NCBI GenBank assembly: GCA_019058445.1
Contig: JAHPZA010000006.1
Span: forward strand, 384,001 to 448,000
Source of the DNA: Promethearchaeota archaeon
GTDB lineage: Archaea; Asgardarchaeota; Lokiarchaeia; Sigyniarchaeales; SOKP01
Length of the DNA stretch: 64,000 bases
Direction of reading: 5' to 3'
Position 1 is the first letter of the stretch. Each line of letters begins with the position of its first letter. Below are positions 1 to 10,739 of this stretch, one piece after another. The notes under the pieces were generated by a model. The model did no database searches. It was given only the letters and a program-made list of their open reading frames with translations, and was not told the DNA's origin. A program made the translations under genes and the position numbers.

Positions 1-3
1 TAG

Positions 4-1194
4 ATGTCAGATTATTACTCTAAATTAATTGAACTGGAAAAAGCCCATCATACGAAGTTATTTAGTAAACGAGACTTCGTTATTACTAAAGGAAGTGGGG
101 CTCTTTTATATGATGGAAAGGGGAATGAATATATTGATTGCGTGGCGGGACATGCGGTATTGAATATCGGTCATAGTCATCCTAAATTTATTGCGGCTAT
201 AAAAAAACAGCTTGAAAATGTCGTTATGGTGCCACCTGGATTTCCCGTAGAAGAAAGAGCTAAATTATTAGAAAACTTGGCAGAAATAACTCCGAAGCCA
301 CTAACACAGTCATTTTTATGCAATAGTGGTACGGAATCAATTGAAACTGCCTTAAAAGTAATTTTAGCGGTAAATAGAGAGAAATCAAATCCAGAAATCA
401 TCGCGTTTAAAAGAGATTTTCATGGGAGGACCTTAGGATCATTAGCAATGACCCATAATATGAAATATCGTAAACCATTCTTATCATGGTTATCTCCTAA
501 TGTGAAATTCGCTTCCCACGGAAATATTCAATCTGTAAGGGAATTAGTAAATGAGAACACTGTTGCCATATTTTGTGAACTCATTCAAGGAGAAGGAGGT
601 ATTCATTTAGTTCCTGATGATTTTCCAAAAGCCTTAAGAGAATTATGCGATGAAAAGGATCTGATTTTAGTAATAGATGAAGTTCAAACTGGATTTGGAA
701 GAACAGGAAAGATGTTTTCCTTCGAACATTATAATATCATTCCAGATATCATTTGCGTAGCAAAGGCGATAGCTGGGGGATTACCTATGGGAGCCACGAT
801 TGCTTCAGAAGATTTATATAATAAATTTCAAGAAGGTGAACACGGGACTACTTTTGGAGGGAATCCTATAGTATGCGCTGCGGCAAATGCGGTTATTGAC
901 ATAATTAAAGAAGAACGATTAATAGATAATTCAGCATTACAAGGGGAAAAGATATTAAAAGATTTAAATACTCTGGCTGAAGAAAGTAACCTCATTAGAA
1001 CTGTAAGAGGAAAGGGCTTAATGATAGGGGTAGAATATAAGAAAAAAGTCAAAGAATTGATTAAAAAGGCTGAAGAAATGTATGTTCTAGTATTGAATGC
1101 TGGTTTAACAGTGATACGACTTCTTCCTCCGTTGGTTATAAATGACAGTCAAGTGGCAAAAGTTTTAGATGTTATGCATAAGATCTCGGAATAA
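4..1194 (+). CDS. Class-III PLP aminotransferase, ArgD/LysJ-like (acetylornithine or LysW-semialdehyde transaminase)
   Basis: Motifs YIDCVAG, NSGTES, FHGRT, ELIQGEGG, DEVQTGFGRTG, AKAIAGG (PLP lysine), HGTTFGGNP. Confidence 0.85.
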   Translation: MSDYYSKLIELEKAHHTKLFSKRDFVITKGSGALLYDGKGNEYIDCVAGHAVLNIGHSHPKFIAAIKKQLENVVMVPPGFPVEERAKLLENLAEITPKPLTQSFLCNSGTESIETALKVILAVNREKSNPEIIAFKRDFHGRTLGSLAMTHNMKYRKPFLSWLSPNVKFASHGNIQSVRELVNENTVAIFCELIQGEGGIHLVPDDFPKALRELCDEKDLILVIDEVQTGFGRTGKMFSFEHYNIIPDIICVAKAIAGGLPMGATIASEDLYNKFQEGEHGTTFGGNPIVCAAANAVIDIIKEERLIDNSALQGEKILKDLNTLAEESNLIRTVRGKGLMIGVEYKKKVKELIKKAEEMYVLVLNAGLTVIRLLPPLVINDSQVAKVLDVMHKISE

Positions 1195-1316
1195 CTATGA
1201 ATTAGGCTTAAGCAATATTTAAATTATTAACTCTTTTATTGAAAATTTAAAACCAACCATAACCTATTATTTAATTATTAAAAGAAAAAATGATCCAATT
1301 TTAGCGGTTAACTCTA

Positions 1317-2186
1317 ATGACAAATGTTACTGAAAAAGAATTTGTAGAGAAGTTATTAAACACTATCCGTAAACTCACATCTATAGCAAATAATCAGGGA
1401 GCCAGATTTAGAACTAAATGGAACGAGTATTTAAAAGATATCAATGATAATCCACATTCAGTCCGCCAAATAAAGCTAGATAAAGAAAAATTCATTGATG
1501 ACATTAATTATCGAATACAAATATTAAAAGAAATAGAGAATGCTTTTGCAGATGGATATCATAGTATAAAAAATTTATTGGAAACATTGTATAATTCATA
1601 TTTTAACAACTCTGAGTTATTTAATAAAGATTTTTCCAAAGCAGACCAACTTATGTTAAAATACTATGTTGCAAGAGAAATCTTGGGCAATTTAGTTCAA
1701 TATAATCAAATGGATCATGAAACTGTTCCCCTTAAATACAATGTGATAGCCAGAAATTATTTATTAATTAAACTTAAAGGCCAGAATGATTCAGAAATTC
1801 TTGAAAATCTGAAAAAATTGAAAATTGACATTAATATGACTCAATTACATGAGATTATGGATGAAATTATAGCTGATGGGATTATAACCAAATCACAAAA
1901 AGGCGACCATTTATTCTACGAATTAAAACAAGAATTACAATTATCAGATAAAGGTATAGAAACTTTTAATAGAAATTTACGTTCCCTAGTTGATTGGCCC
2001 ACTCAATTTTGGAGGAGTTTTTATAATATAAGAGAATTAAATGTTACGGTTGAAGATAATATTCCTAACCAAGATTTCTTGCATAAAGTCTTAAGTAGGA
2101 CAGCCACTCAGGGTTTTCCTGCAGCAGATTATGTTATTAAAAACTTAATAAAATATTATGAGGAAATTAAGAAAGATTTAAACTAA
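1317..2186 (+). CDS. Hypothetical protein, possible internal winged-helix segment
   Basis: 289-aa ORF; LHEIMDEIIADGIITKSQKG..LFYEL resembles a winged-helix recognition helix plus wing. Confidence 0.55.
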   Translation: MTNVTEKEFVEKLLNTIRKLTSIANNQGARFRTKWNEYLKDINDNPHSVRQIKLDKEKFIDDINYRIQILKEIENAFADGYHSIKNLLETLYNSYFNNSELFNKDFSKADQLMLKYYVAREILGNLVQYNQMDHETVPLKYNVIARNYLLIKLKGQNDSEILENLKKLKIDINMTQLHEIMDEIIADGIITKSQKGDHLFYELKQELQLSDKGIETFNRNLRSLVDWPTQFWRSFYNIRELNVTVEDNIPNQDFLHKVLSRTATQGFPAADYVIKNLIKYYEEIKKDLN

Positions 2187-3073
2187 AGTTCTTTTGTTTT
2201 TTTAATGGGAATATCAAATTCTTCTAATATTGGGATAAGATGCGCCTTGTCAGCAGAATTCGTCCCTTTCCAATCTATTACAAAATACTCTACTTCTTCC
2301 AAATTCTTAGTAATCATTTGCTCAACCATTTCATACGTTAAGGTTTGGATAAAATACTTAGGGCAAATATAAGAGAAAGCTACATTCTTGTTTATTAATG
2401 ACTTTCTGAACTGAGGCCCATAATGCGTACCTCCAAATCCGATACAAATCCTTTGGGATTTTTCTTCCTGAAATTGTAGATATTTAATTATTGTATTAAT
2501 TATGGACTTGGCTACTATTTGACCACCTTCATCGATAATCCATTCTTCCTCACTACTCCCTAACTCCATAAACACTAAAGGTTTTTTTAACAGAGTTGGA
2601 CCGTGGTGGGTTACTTCAATATCAAATGAAAATTCCGCGAGTTGTGAAGATTTTTCCTGCTCAATTAATGATAAAAAGCCTGCTTTTAATAATAATGCGC
2701 TTGCGTAAGAAAGTTCTCGGGGATTTCCTCCAAAATCTGCTTTATCTGTCCAATTTCCCGTTGTATGGATTAAAAATGCTGGCCGAGCAGCTTCTGATCT
2801 ATGACGACTCGCAAAAATAAGTAAATCCGGATTGATATCCGTCTCACTTAATCTCAAATCATTTAAATATATCAATGGATCATCTGTTAAACCCAAATAT
2901 ACTTGAACATTTTCTAAAGGAATGCCATTTTGAGCATTAGACTCTAACTGAAAAAGAGGTTTTTCATGCCATTTTGATTTAATTTCCTTAAATTGAAATA
3001 AATGTAAAAATTTATCTCGGATATTCATGGAAGCTTTATCTTCAGTGGAAGTTATAATCAAAAATTGCGGTAT
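2183..3073 (-). CDS. dtdA: Archaeal D-aminoacyl-tRNA deacylase (DTD2 type)
   Basis: Motifs FASRHRS, HTTGN, EVTHHGPT, FMELGSSEEEW, GFGGTHY. ORF track starts at TTG 3061; the frame is open to ATA 3073, which has an SD-like AGGTGA 7 nt upstream. Confidence 0.85.
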   Translation of the reverse strand: MPQFLIITSTEDKASMNIRDKFLHLFQFKEIKSKWHEKPLFQLESNAQNGIPLENVQVYLGLTDDPLIYLNDLRLSETDINPDLLIFASRHRSEAARPAFLIHTTGNWTDKADFGGNPRELSYASALLLKAGFLSLIEQEKSSQLAEFSFDIEVTHHGPTLLKKPLVFMELGSSEEEWIIDEGGQIVAKSIINTIIKYLQFQEEKSQRICIGFGGTHYGPQFRKSLINKNVAFSYICPKYFIQTLTYEMVEQMITKNLEEVEYFVIDWKGTNSADKAHLIPILEEFDIPIKKTKEL

Positions 3074-3577
3074 TTATTATTCACCTAGTAATATTCTATT
3101 TTTTTGAACAAATTTGATTAAATCTAAATATAAGTCACAAAATCATTAAAATTCTAAATGGATTTTCATTTTCAAAATTTTATCGACAAAAATGAAGACA
3201 ATTAAATAAACAAATTTCTTTTCTTATTACGAAATTCAAATGGTTAAATAGGTGTTCTTGAAATTAAAGAAAAAAAGGATAAACATGAAATGTTTTTGAG
3301 CTTTATTGCACCATTTACTCATGGTTGAAAAGCTGTATTTTTTCAAACAATGGCAGAAAAAAAAGAAATTTCCTCAATAAAAAATGATTATGAAGTTAAG
3401 CATAAAAGAAAAGATAAAAAGAAAGAAAAGCTGATACCAATTCCGATGTGATATATCATCATCAAATCATAAATACAATTCAAATTTTTAGCTTAATTTT
3501 ATATCAAACATAACAAAAAAATTAAAAAGAATCAGATAGATTTAAGGTTATATACAACACCTATATAATATAATTCA

Positions 3578-4543
3578 ATGGAACTTAGTCTAATCATAAT
3601 CATACTACTTGCTCTAATTTTTAGTTTTTTATTTTTTATTGAAGATTTTATCCCTGGGATTCGGTTTAAATTAAATAAATCTTTTATTGCTGGAATCTCA
3701 ATAGCCTACTTCTTTCTCATCCTTTTACCCGAGATAGCTGAAGGATTGCCCGAATTTCCATTTGATCTCAAAATTTTTGAGTATTTATTTATATTAATCG
3801 GTTTTATTTTTATACATGTATCAGAAAAATTGATTCTGCAGAAGGTGGAATCAAAATCTCAAAAAAGAGTACGCAAATTAATAAAAATGGAACAAAATTT
3901 AGAACTGGTAGGGGAAAATATAGAAAATATCTTAAATAAGGAATTAAAACAAGAAAAATTAGATGAAGATGCTCTTAAAGCTCTCGGAGAGACAATAACA
4001 GAATTAAAAGATCAAGAAGAGGAAATAAAAATAGAAATAGAGCAAAAAAAAAAGAAAATACAAATGAAAATTGAAAGAGATTTAAAAGAGATACGTTTTT
4101 TTACTGATTATATCTATCATTTTATCGTAGGGATTATCCTGATTGCTCTTTTAATCATAGATTTATTATCAGGTATACTGTTTTTTATTTTTGCTTTTTT
4201 CAGACTTATTATTACCAGAAGTTCAGAATTTAGTAAAGAAATATTTTCCGATTTAGGTATTGAGATAAAGTACGAGGAATCAGGTACTATACGTTTTGTT
4301 CTAGCTTCATCCGTACTTGTAGGGGTGATAATTGGTACATTATTCGAACTTTTTTTCCCAGTTAATATCGAATTAATATATATTTTATATTCTTTTATTT
4401 CCGGGGTTATACTTTATACAATCGTAAGAGAAGTAATCCCAGAAAAAGAAAAAGGAAATCCCATTTATTTCTTAATTGGAGTAGTTGGATTTACCGTGAT
4501 TATCTTTATTATCCGGATTTTTACTACTTTAATTACCATATAA
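3578..4543 (+). CDS. Multi-pass membrane protein, ZIP-transporter-like, with a coiled-coil insert
   Basis: Hydrophobic segments; SFIAGISIAYFFLILLPE and SFISGVILYTIVREVIPE resemble ZIP helices; about 80-aa E/K-rich loop. Confidence 0.6.
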   Translation: MELSLIIIILLALIFSFLFFIEDFIPGIRFKLNKSFIAGISIAYFFLILLPEIAEGLPEFPFDLKIFEYLFILIGFIFIHVSEKLILQKVESKSQKRVRKLIKMEQNLELVGENIENILNKELKQEKLDEDALKALGETITELKDQEEEIKIEIEQKKKKIQMKIERDLKEIRFFTDYIYHFIVGIILIALLIIDLLSGILFFIFAFFRLIITRSSEFSKEIFSDLGIEIKYEESGTIRFVLASSVLVGVIIGTLFELFFPVNIELIYILYSFISGVILYTIVREVIPEKEKGNPIYFLIGVVGFTVIIFIIRIFTTLITI

Positions 4544-4686
4544 GGAAGAAAATAAAATGAATATTTTTATAATTCTCAACAGTGAAATAATATTGTTGAT
4601 TAAAAATAATTTTTCTAATATTAAATGCGTTTATGATGTCTCATTATAATTTGCTTGTCAACTAGTTCAAATGGGGTTATAACACT

Positions 4687-5115
4687 ATGGTTAAAGTGAT
4701 ACAAGATCTTTGGATTTTAACTGATGGGGGTATTGTACTTTTTAACAGAGTTTATGACCCAAAAGTTTGTGCTCAACTCTTTGGAGCATTAATGACAGCA
4801 TTAGATTCGTATTCTAAAGAAGTTGGAATCGGACCAGGAGGGATAGATAGTTTTGAAATACAAAATATACGTTTTACCATTACCAGAAGTGGAAATCTTC
4901 TTTTTATTGCAAATTCTTCAAAAAAATTTAAACAAAAAAAAATTTTAAATGAATTAAATATAATCTCTGAACGATTTTTCAACAAATACTCTGAAATTCT
5001 TGATAATTTTGATAATTGGAATATGGAAATCAGTGTTTTCTCGGACTTTGAAGAATACATCAAGGATCAATTAGAGAATCCCGTAAAACAATTCTGGACA
5101 GGGATGGCAAGGTAA
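4687..5115 (+). CDS. Stand-alone longin-like domain protein (paralog 1)
   Basis: IQDLWILTDGGIVLFNR...LFGALMTAL...LLFIANS...ISERFFNKY pattern; clearly paralogous to 34945 and 36372. Confidence 0.7.
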   Translation: MVKVIQDLWILTDGGIVLFNRVYDPKVCAQLFGALMTALDSYSKEVGIGPGGIDSFEIQNIRFTITRSGNLLFIANSSKKFKQKKILNELNIISERFFNKYSEILDNFDNWNMEISVFSDFEEYIKDQLENPVKQFWTGMAR

Positions 5116-5494
5116 TAATATCATAATAAAGGATTGAAAAAATAAGAAATAAATAAAAAAAAGAATTTCAATTTTTTTTTGAATTGAATAATTAATTTGT
5201 TGAGACAGTTTTAAAATTTGGAATAAATTAAATACTCAATTTTTTTCGGTTTGCTTCTATATGGTCCAGCATTAGAGAAAAGTATACTTTATTAGATGTA
5301 TAGACATATATCATAGGATTAAAAAAAATTAGTTAATAAAGGATTTAATATTAAACATGAATTAAAATAAATTAAAAATTTCATATAGTCAGTCATTTTT
5401 TATTTTCAATTAAATAGTTTATCTTATATAAGTAATTTATGTAAGAATTAACACTTACAATCTAACCCATCCCATTTTAAAGCTTATACTTGAA

Positions 5495-7726
5495 ATGCAT
5501 TCAATAAAAAACTTAATGAAATATGGATCTCAGATTGGTATTACAAATTTGATTAATCTCAAACCAAAATCTAGTACTAAAAATGAGCTTACTCTAAAAC
5601 TTAATGAACTTCGGATTTCAGATTGGATTAACGAACTAATACAAGATGAAAGATTTCAAAAGATTAAAGAAGAGCTTATAGCTATCAAGAAAAATGTTAG
5701 GAAATTAGATTTCCAGGAAAGAATCGAAGAACTAAGATCTCTTATACGTAAAACATTGAAATTTAATTATACTAATTTGGATTATATAGATATTACTGGA
5801 ATCAATTTGTATGACCCAAAATATGTTCTTCTAAAATATAAATATGGTCAAATAAAATTTAAGCGGGAATTTGAAAGAGATGTCATACATTCAGCAAAAA
5901 CTAGTGATATATTAAATGAGATATCTGATAAATATTATAATGGAGATGAATTACTTATTGCTTTTTTGCCTGATGGAAGAATCCTCCCATTAGAAGAAAT
6001 TCATCATGTGTGGTTAAAAAAAGCTGGATATTTTGTAGACTCATTCATCTTTATTGCTCCTCAAAAATATGTTGGTGAACTAGCACCATTACTTGATCAA
6101 ATCAGTGAGACTAGATTAAAGTTTGAGCTTGATAGATTTTTAAATAAAATAACATATGCTTTAAATAATATATCTTTCAAGGAACTAGTGTATTCAGAGG
6201 ATGGAACATTAAGAACTCGAATATTAGAGATTCAAAAAAGCAAAGTACTAATTAAGGAGGATGAAGGAAATCGATCTTATACTAAGAAGAAGTTATATGG
6301 ATCTTATGCTTTATCGGTTTTATTTGGAATGAATGAAGCATTTCTAAAAACGACAATAGACAGAATACATATAGGTTCTCAAATGGGAATTACTGAAGAT
6401 AGTCTATTCTTGATTAAATCTGAATTATACTACAAAATATTTCAGATTGAAGATAAAATTGAAGATTTTCTTCAAGAAATTGACAATGCCGTAAATGATT
6501 ATTTAAAAGCAATTTATAATTCTCAATATAGTGAGAATCCAATGTACTTTACTATTCTTGAACTAAGTGCAAGCTTGAGAAATCTTCTATATAAAGCTGA
6601 ATTAATTAGTACACCTACCTATGAAGGATTGGGTGAATTAAATTTAGAGAGCAGAATGTTAAATAATTTGCGTTCTATAGTTTCAAAACATAAATCAAAA
6701 AAAAATGAAAATGTAATCACTAATTTATGGATAGAATTATATGCTGAATTAATAGATAAATATGGTGATATATTAAGATCTAAAAATTTAATTAATGTCT
6801 TCAATTTCGCCTTTGAGAATTTATTTAATGAAATTCAAACAGAAATTATTCCTTTTTACGCCGAAAATACTATTCGTGGTGAATTTATAAAAGAAATATT
6901 AAAAATTTTTCCAGATAATATGTTTATTTCGAGTGGATCACTTTCTTATATCTTATTTAAAGATAAATTATATCTAAATAGAAAATTCTTAATTGAAGAA
7001 AGAATAAATCTGGCTGTAGACAGTGTCATTTACGAAAGAATTGAAGAAAACATATTAGAGTTAGAATTAGGTGATTTTAATTTCTTCATAACTCTCCTAT
7101 CTGAAGATCAATTAAGATTCATGAAAAAAAAAATTATTGAGACTATAAATGTTTTTAAGAGATTTTACTCTGGAGATAAGACATCTATTAAAGAAGAATT
7201 TACAAAGAAAATATTCGAACAACTTTTTAACAACCCTAATTCACCTTATAGAGATATTGAAGTAGTATCTGCTTGGCCTGATTGGCTCATTGGTCCTAAT
7301 GGTCGCGGACTTGAGTTAGATGGTTTAGTTGAGGAAGCTGATTTTGCTTTTGAAATGAATGGACCATATCATAACAATCCTAAACTAATTTCGAAAATGT
7401 TTAATATTCCACTTGCAGAAGCAAAAAAGAAGGTTCAAGCTGTTCAAGAAAAAGATCAAATAAAAATTGATGAGTGCAAAATTCGAGGAATAAGGCTTCT
7501 TATCTTAGATTATAATATGGACTTTGAAGAAATTGTCGAAATCTGTTGTAAATTCTATGCAGATTTATTAAATAATAGAAATATAGATGAGAAAATAGAT
7601 TGGAGAGATTTCCATATAGATTGGAAAAAAATTCTAGAAGATATAAAGAAAAAAAGAATGGAAAATTTAATCTGGAGATTTAATATCAGAAATAAATTAG
7701 ATGATTCTGAAGTTCTCCAAAGGTAA
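5495..7726 (+). CDS. Large protein with a C-terminal Vsr/DUF559-like PD-(D/E)XK endonuclease domain
   Basis: C-terminal LELDG...FAFEMNGPYH...KDQIKIDECKIRGIRLLIL; N-terminal ~570 aa unrecognised. Confidence 0.6.
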   Translation: MHSIKNLMKYGSQIGITNLINLKPKSSTKNELTLKLNELRISDWINELIQDERFQKIKEELIAIKKNVRKLDFQERIEELRSLIRKTLKFNYTNLDYIDITGINLYDPKYVLLKYKYGQIKFKREFERDVIHSAKTSDILNEISDKYYNGDELLIAFLPDGRILPLEEIHHVWLKKAGYFVDSFIFIAPQKYVGELAPLLDQISETRLKFELDRFLNKITYALNNISFKELVYSEDGTLRTRILEIQKSKVLIKEDEGNRSYTKKKLYGSYALSVLFGMNEAFLKTTIDRIHIGSQMGITEDSLFLIKSELYYKIFQIEDKIEDFLQEIDNAVNDYLKAIYNSQYSENPMYFTILELSASLRNLLYKAELISTPTYEGLGELNLESRMLNNLRSIVSKHKSKKNENVITNLWIELYAELIDKYGDILRSKNLINVFNFAFENLFNEIQTEIIPFYAENTIRGEFIKEILKIFPDNMFISSGSLSYILFKDKLYLNRKFLIEERINLAVDSVIYERIEENILELELGDFNFFITLLSEDQLRFMKKKIIETINVFKRFYSGDKTSIKEEFTKKIFEQLFNNPNSPYRDIEVVSAWPDWLIGPNGRGLELDGLVEEADFAFEMNGPYHNNPKLISKMFNIPLAEAKKKVQAVQEKDQIKIDECKIRGIRLLILDYNMDFEEIVEICCKFYADLLNNRNIDEKIDWRDFHIDWKKILEDIKKKRMENLIWRFNIRNKLDDSEVLQR

Positions 7727-8030
7727 ATTCAGCATCTGATTTCAATTAAAATTCCTTTGAAATTATTTGAATCAAAAGTTGATATAATACCTTATAATTT
7801 ACCAATAAAGAAAATGTCATGTGATATTTTAAAAGTAGAAAAGGAGATGGCAATTCTAAATAAAATTATGAAGAAAGCAAAATTTTATTTCAATATATGG
7901 ACATTGAATCCAATTTCCTTGGGATTAATTTGAAACCAAAAATTGGACAATCTTTTAAATCATCAGAAATAATCTATGATAAGGTTATTAATCCAAATTA
8001 AAGGATATAAGATTTTTAAGGGGAATTTTT

Positions 8031-9230
8031 ATGTTATTCACACCCAATGATTCCGAAAACATTAATCAAGAATATCTTGAAAGTTTGATTAAAAATCAAA
8101 TCCAGGAAAGCCATCATCTAGATTATAAAAGAGAAGTCAGTGGGAACAATAATGAAATCGCAAAAGATATTTCAGCCTTTGCGAATTCAGATGGTGGAAA
8201 TATCATATATGGCATTGATGAAAAAGAACATCTACCTAAAAAGATTACTCCAATATTACAAACTGATGTAAGAGAAAGGATCGATTTAATTACTAAGGAT
8301 GGAATAGATCCCCCATTGAATATAAGAATATTTCCTATTCCAGTTAAAACTGATGAAATAGAAGGATATGTTTATGTATTATTTATACCAAAAAAATACC
8401 CCCGAATCCATCAGGCGAAAGGTTATAAGAAATATTATAAACGGACAGAATTTACTTCAAGTCCTATGGTGAACAGCGAAATTGAGCAAGTTTTTGATTC
8501 TTTTTTTACACTTGAGAAAGAAAAAGACGATTTAGTAGGTTTTATTGAAAGAGAATTTTTAGATTATCTGCATAGAAATAATTATTTAAGTAGTTATAGC
8601 TCCACTGATGGTAATGATACTCATGGAAATTTAATCTTGAGCTCCTTTTTAATAATTAGTCCTTTAGATATTAGAGAAACGATATTCAATGATGATATTC
8701 TTACTTTTCTTGAGAAAGACTTATTTCTAAATTCAAATAAAACTGATGAATTGTTCGAAGGAACTCCTATTGTCAGACAAAACGATTATATTTACGATTC
8801 TGACTCAAAACGACTTAAAAATATATTAATTCATAAAGATGGAATAATTATTTATAATTTAAGATATGAAGTACCATTTAATTCTCAGCAGGAATTGACT
8901 CTTAAAAAAAAATTAAATTTGGTATATTTATCTAATTATTATTTGGGATTTTTTAACTTTTTATATGAATTATATAAAAACTTTCTCTATTTTGGAGATT
9001 TAACTATTCAATTGAAAATTATGGGAATTTCAAGCTGGCCACTTCTACAACCTCCTTCTAATCCTAAGCAGTTAAAACTTGATAATATAAAAGTTATTGT
9101 AAATATAGAGGAACTTTCAACGGGTAAATTAGAGGTAATTAAAAGATTATTTGAACCAGTATTAAATGCTTATGGCAAGACTAATAAAGATGCCGAAAGA
9201 TTATATAGTCAAATTAGTAAAATATTGTGA
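8031..9230 (+). CDS. Schlafen/AlbA_2-domain protein
   Basis: ESHHLDYKRE, IAKDISAFANSDGGNIIYGIDE, YYKRT. Confidence 0.85.
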   Translation: MLFTPNDSENINQEYLESLIKNQIQESHHLDYKREVSGNNNEIAKDISAFANSDGGNIIYGIDEKEHLPKKITPILQTDVRERIDLITKDGIDPPLNIRIFPIPVKTDEIEGYVYVLFIPKKYPRIHQAKGYKKYYKRTEFTSSPMVNSEIEQVFDSFFTLEKEKDDLVGFIEREFLDYLHRNNYLSSYSSTDGNDTHGNLILSSFLIISPLDIRETIFNDDILTFLEKDLFLNSNKTDELFEGTPIVRQNDYIYDSDSKRLKNILIHKDGIIIYNLRYEVPFNSQQELTLKKKLNLVYLSNYYLGFFNFLYELYKNFLYFGDLTIQLKIMGISSWPLLQPPSNPKQLKLDNIKVIVNIEELSTGKLEVIKRLFEPVLNAYGKTNKDAERLYSQISKIL

Positions 9231-9269
9231 TCACTTAATTAAGAATAAAATCACTAGAGACTTATTATA

Positions 9270-10721
9270 ATGACAAATTTAGCAGAATTACCAAAATTAA
9301 AAGAAGAAACATGGAAATTAGTGCACCATTATCTCGTAAATTTTGAAAAGGGTTATGAAAGGAAAATCTTTAATGAAACAATAGGGCAAAAATACATTGA
9401 GAGTTTAACTCAAACTCCTGAAATTGGAAAATTTCAATGGAATGCAGTTGCAGGCGAAGAATTTAACATTCTTCCTGTTTATATGATGCATTTTTTAGGA
9501 AACATGTATGTATATTGTCAGAATCAATTAAAAAAAATGCAGAAAGCAGAATTAAAAACTAACCAGGGCCTTAAGGACCATTTCGATTCACAGTACATTT
9601 TATTAGAGTCCGAGGTTCTCATTCCCGATTATTTTTCTTACCAAATACTCATCCCCGCATTTAATATTATACTAAAGGATGCAAAAAGTCTTTCACTCGA
9701 TATTAATCATATTTTTATCAATATTACGGATAATGAAGTGCCCTATGGTATTAAAGATTTCAGGAATCCTCCCTTTTTTTGGTCAAAACGCAAGGAAGAG
9801 CAGAAATGGATTAAAGATGCAACAACAAGCATCGAAGTCTCTTATAACAAAACAAAAAGACTTCGTGATGAGGAACCTTATACAGCGATGCCATATTATC
9901 CTTTAGATCCTAATGGAAAAGAAGAATTTAACGAGTTAGTACTTAGCATTCCAGATTTCTTTATGTTGTATTCAGATCGCCATGAATTTTTTCCATTTTC
10001 GATAAGTCATTATTATTGGGTGAAACTTCCAGCTTTTTCAGATTATTTCCCATTTGTAAAGGGATACATTCATTATTCGTTTCCCCGTCCAAACGCCTAT
10101 TTAAGAATGTACGACACTGATACATGGGCCTTTTGGATATCCAATTGGCAATCACATTATGATTGGTACTATAATGCTTTTTATGGTGATGGTCGAGAAT
10201 CAGAATCAAAGCGAATTTTTCGATATGCTGTAAACACTATCCGTACGCTGAATAACATTCAATTTGCTGATTTAAAGGTATTCATTTTGGTATCCACATT
10301 TGAAGGATTGTTATATAAAGAGTCAATTGGTGAAGATTTAATTGGAAATCTAAGAAATAAACGTGAACCTGTTATCAAAGTTTTTAAAAAAGTGAGTGAG
10401 ATAGAAAGTAAGATGTGGATTCACTTTGATAATAACAATGAGTATGAAGAAAATTTAGAGAAATTCCTTAACGATGCTTTTACAGTACGAAATAACATTG
10501 CTCATCCAGAGAAAATAATAGAACCCGAATATCAACCTGAATTTCTATATGATGGGATTCCTCAGAATTATTATTATGGAAGATTAACAGAGGACATTCA
10601 AACTAATTTCAAAGAGTTCCTATGGTTTTTATTAAAAATATGGGTTAATAAGAAGTTCCAGTCGAATGAAGATTGGTATTCCTATTTAGAAGATGTAAAA
10701 AACCAAATCTTAGAAGGGTAA
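9270..10721 (+). CDS. ApeA-like HEPN-domain protein
   Basis: C-terminal FILVSTFEGLL and RNNIAH (R-x4-H HEPN motif). Confidence 0.6.
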   Translation: MTNLAELPKLKEETWKLVHHYLVNFEKGYERKIFNETIGQKYIESLTQTPEIGKFQWNAVAGEEFNILPVYMMHFLGNMYVYCQNQLKKMQKAELKTNQGLKDHFDSQYILLESEVLIPDYFSYQILIPAFNIILKDAKSLSLDINHIFINITDNEVPYGIKDFRNPPFFWSKRKEEQKWIKDATTSIEVSYNKTKRLRDEEPYTAMPYYPLDPNGKEEFNELVLSIPDFFMLYSDRHEFFPFSISHYYWVKLPAFSDYFPFVKGYIHYSFPRPNAYLRMYDTDTWAFWISNWQSHYDWYYNAFYGDGRESESKRIFRYAVNTIRTLNNIQFADLKVFILVSTFEGLLYKESIGEDLIGNLRNKREPVIKVFKKVSEIESKMWIHFDNNNEYEENLEKFLNDAFTVRNNIAHPEKIIEPEYQPEFLYDGIPQNYYYGRLTEDIQTNFKEFLWFLLKIWVNKKFQSNEDWYSYLEDVKNQILEG

Positions 10722-10739
10722 TTAAAACTTCATAAAGCT

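Noticed and set aside
3289-3451. Short frame with an internal TGA (MFLSFIAPFTHG*KAVFFQTMAEKK...) and a hairpin; considered as selenoprotein or third intron
   Set aside because: No recognisable protein family or SECIS; the hairpin gives 4-nt and 2-nt bulges, not a BHB
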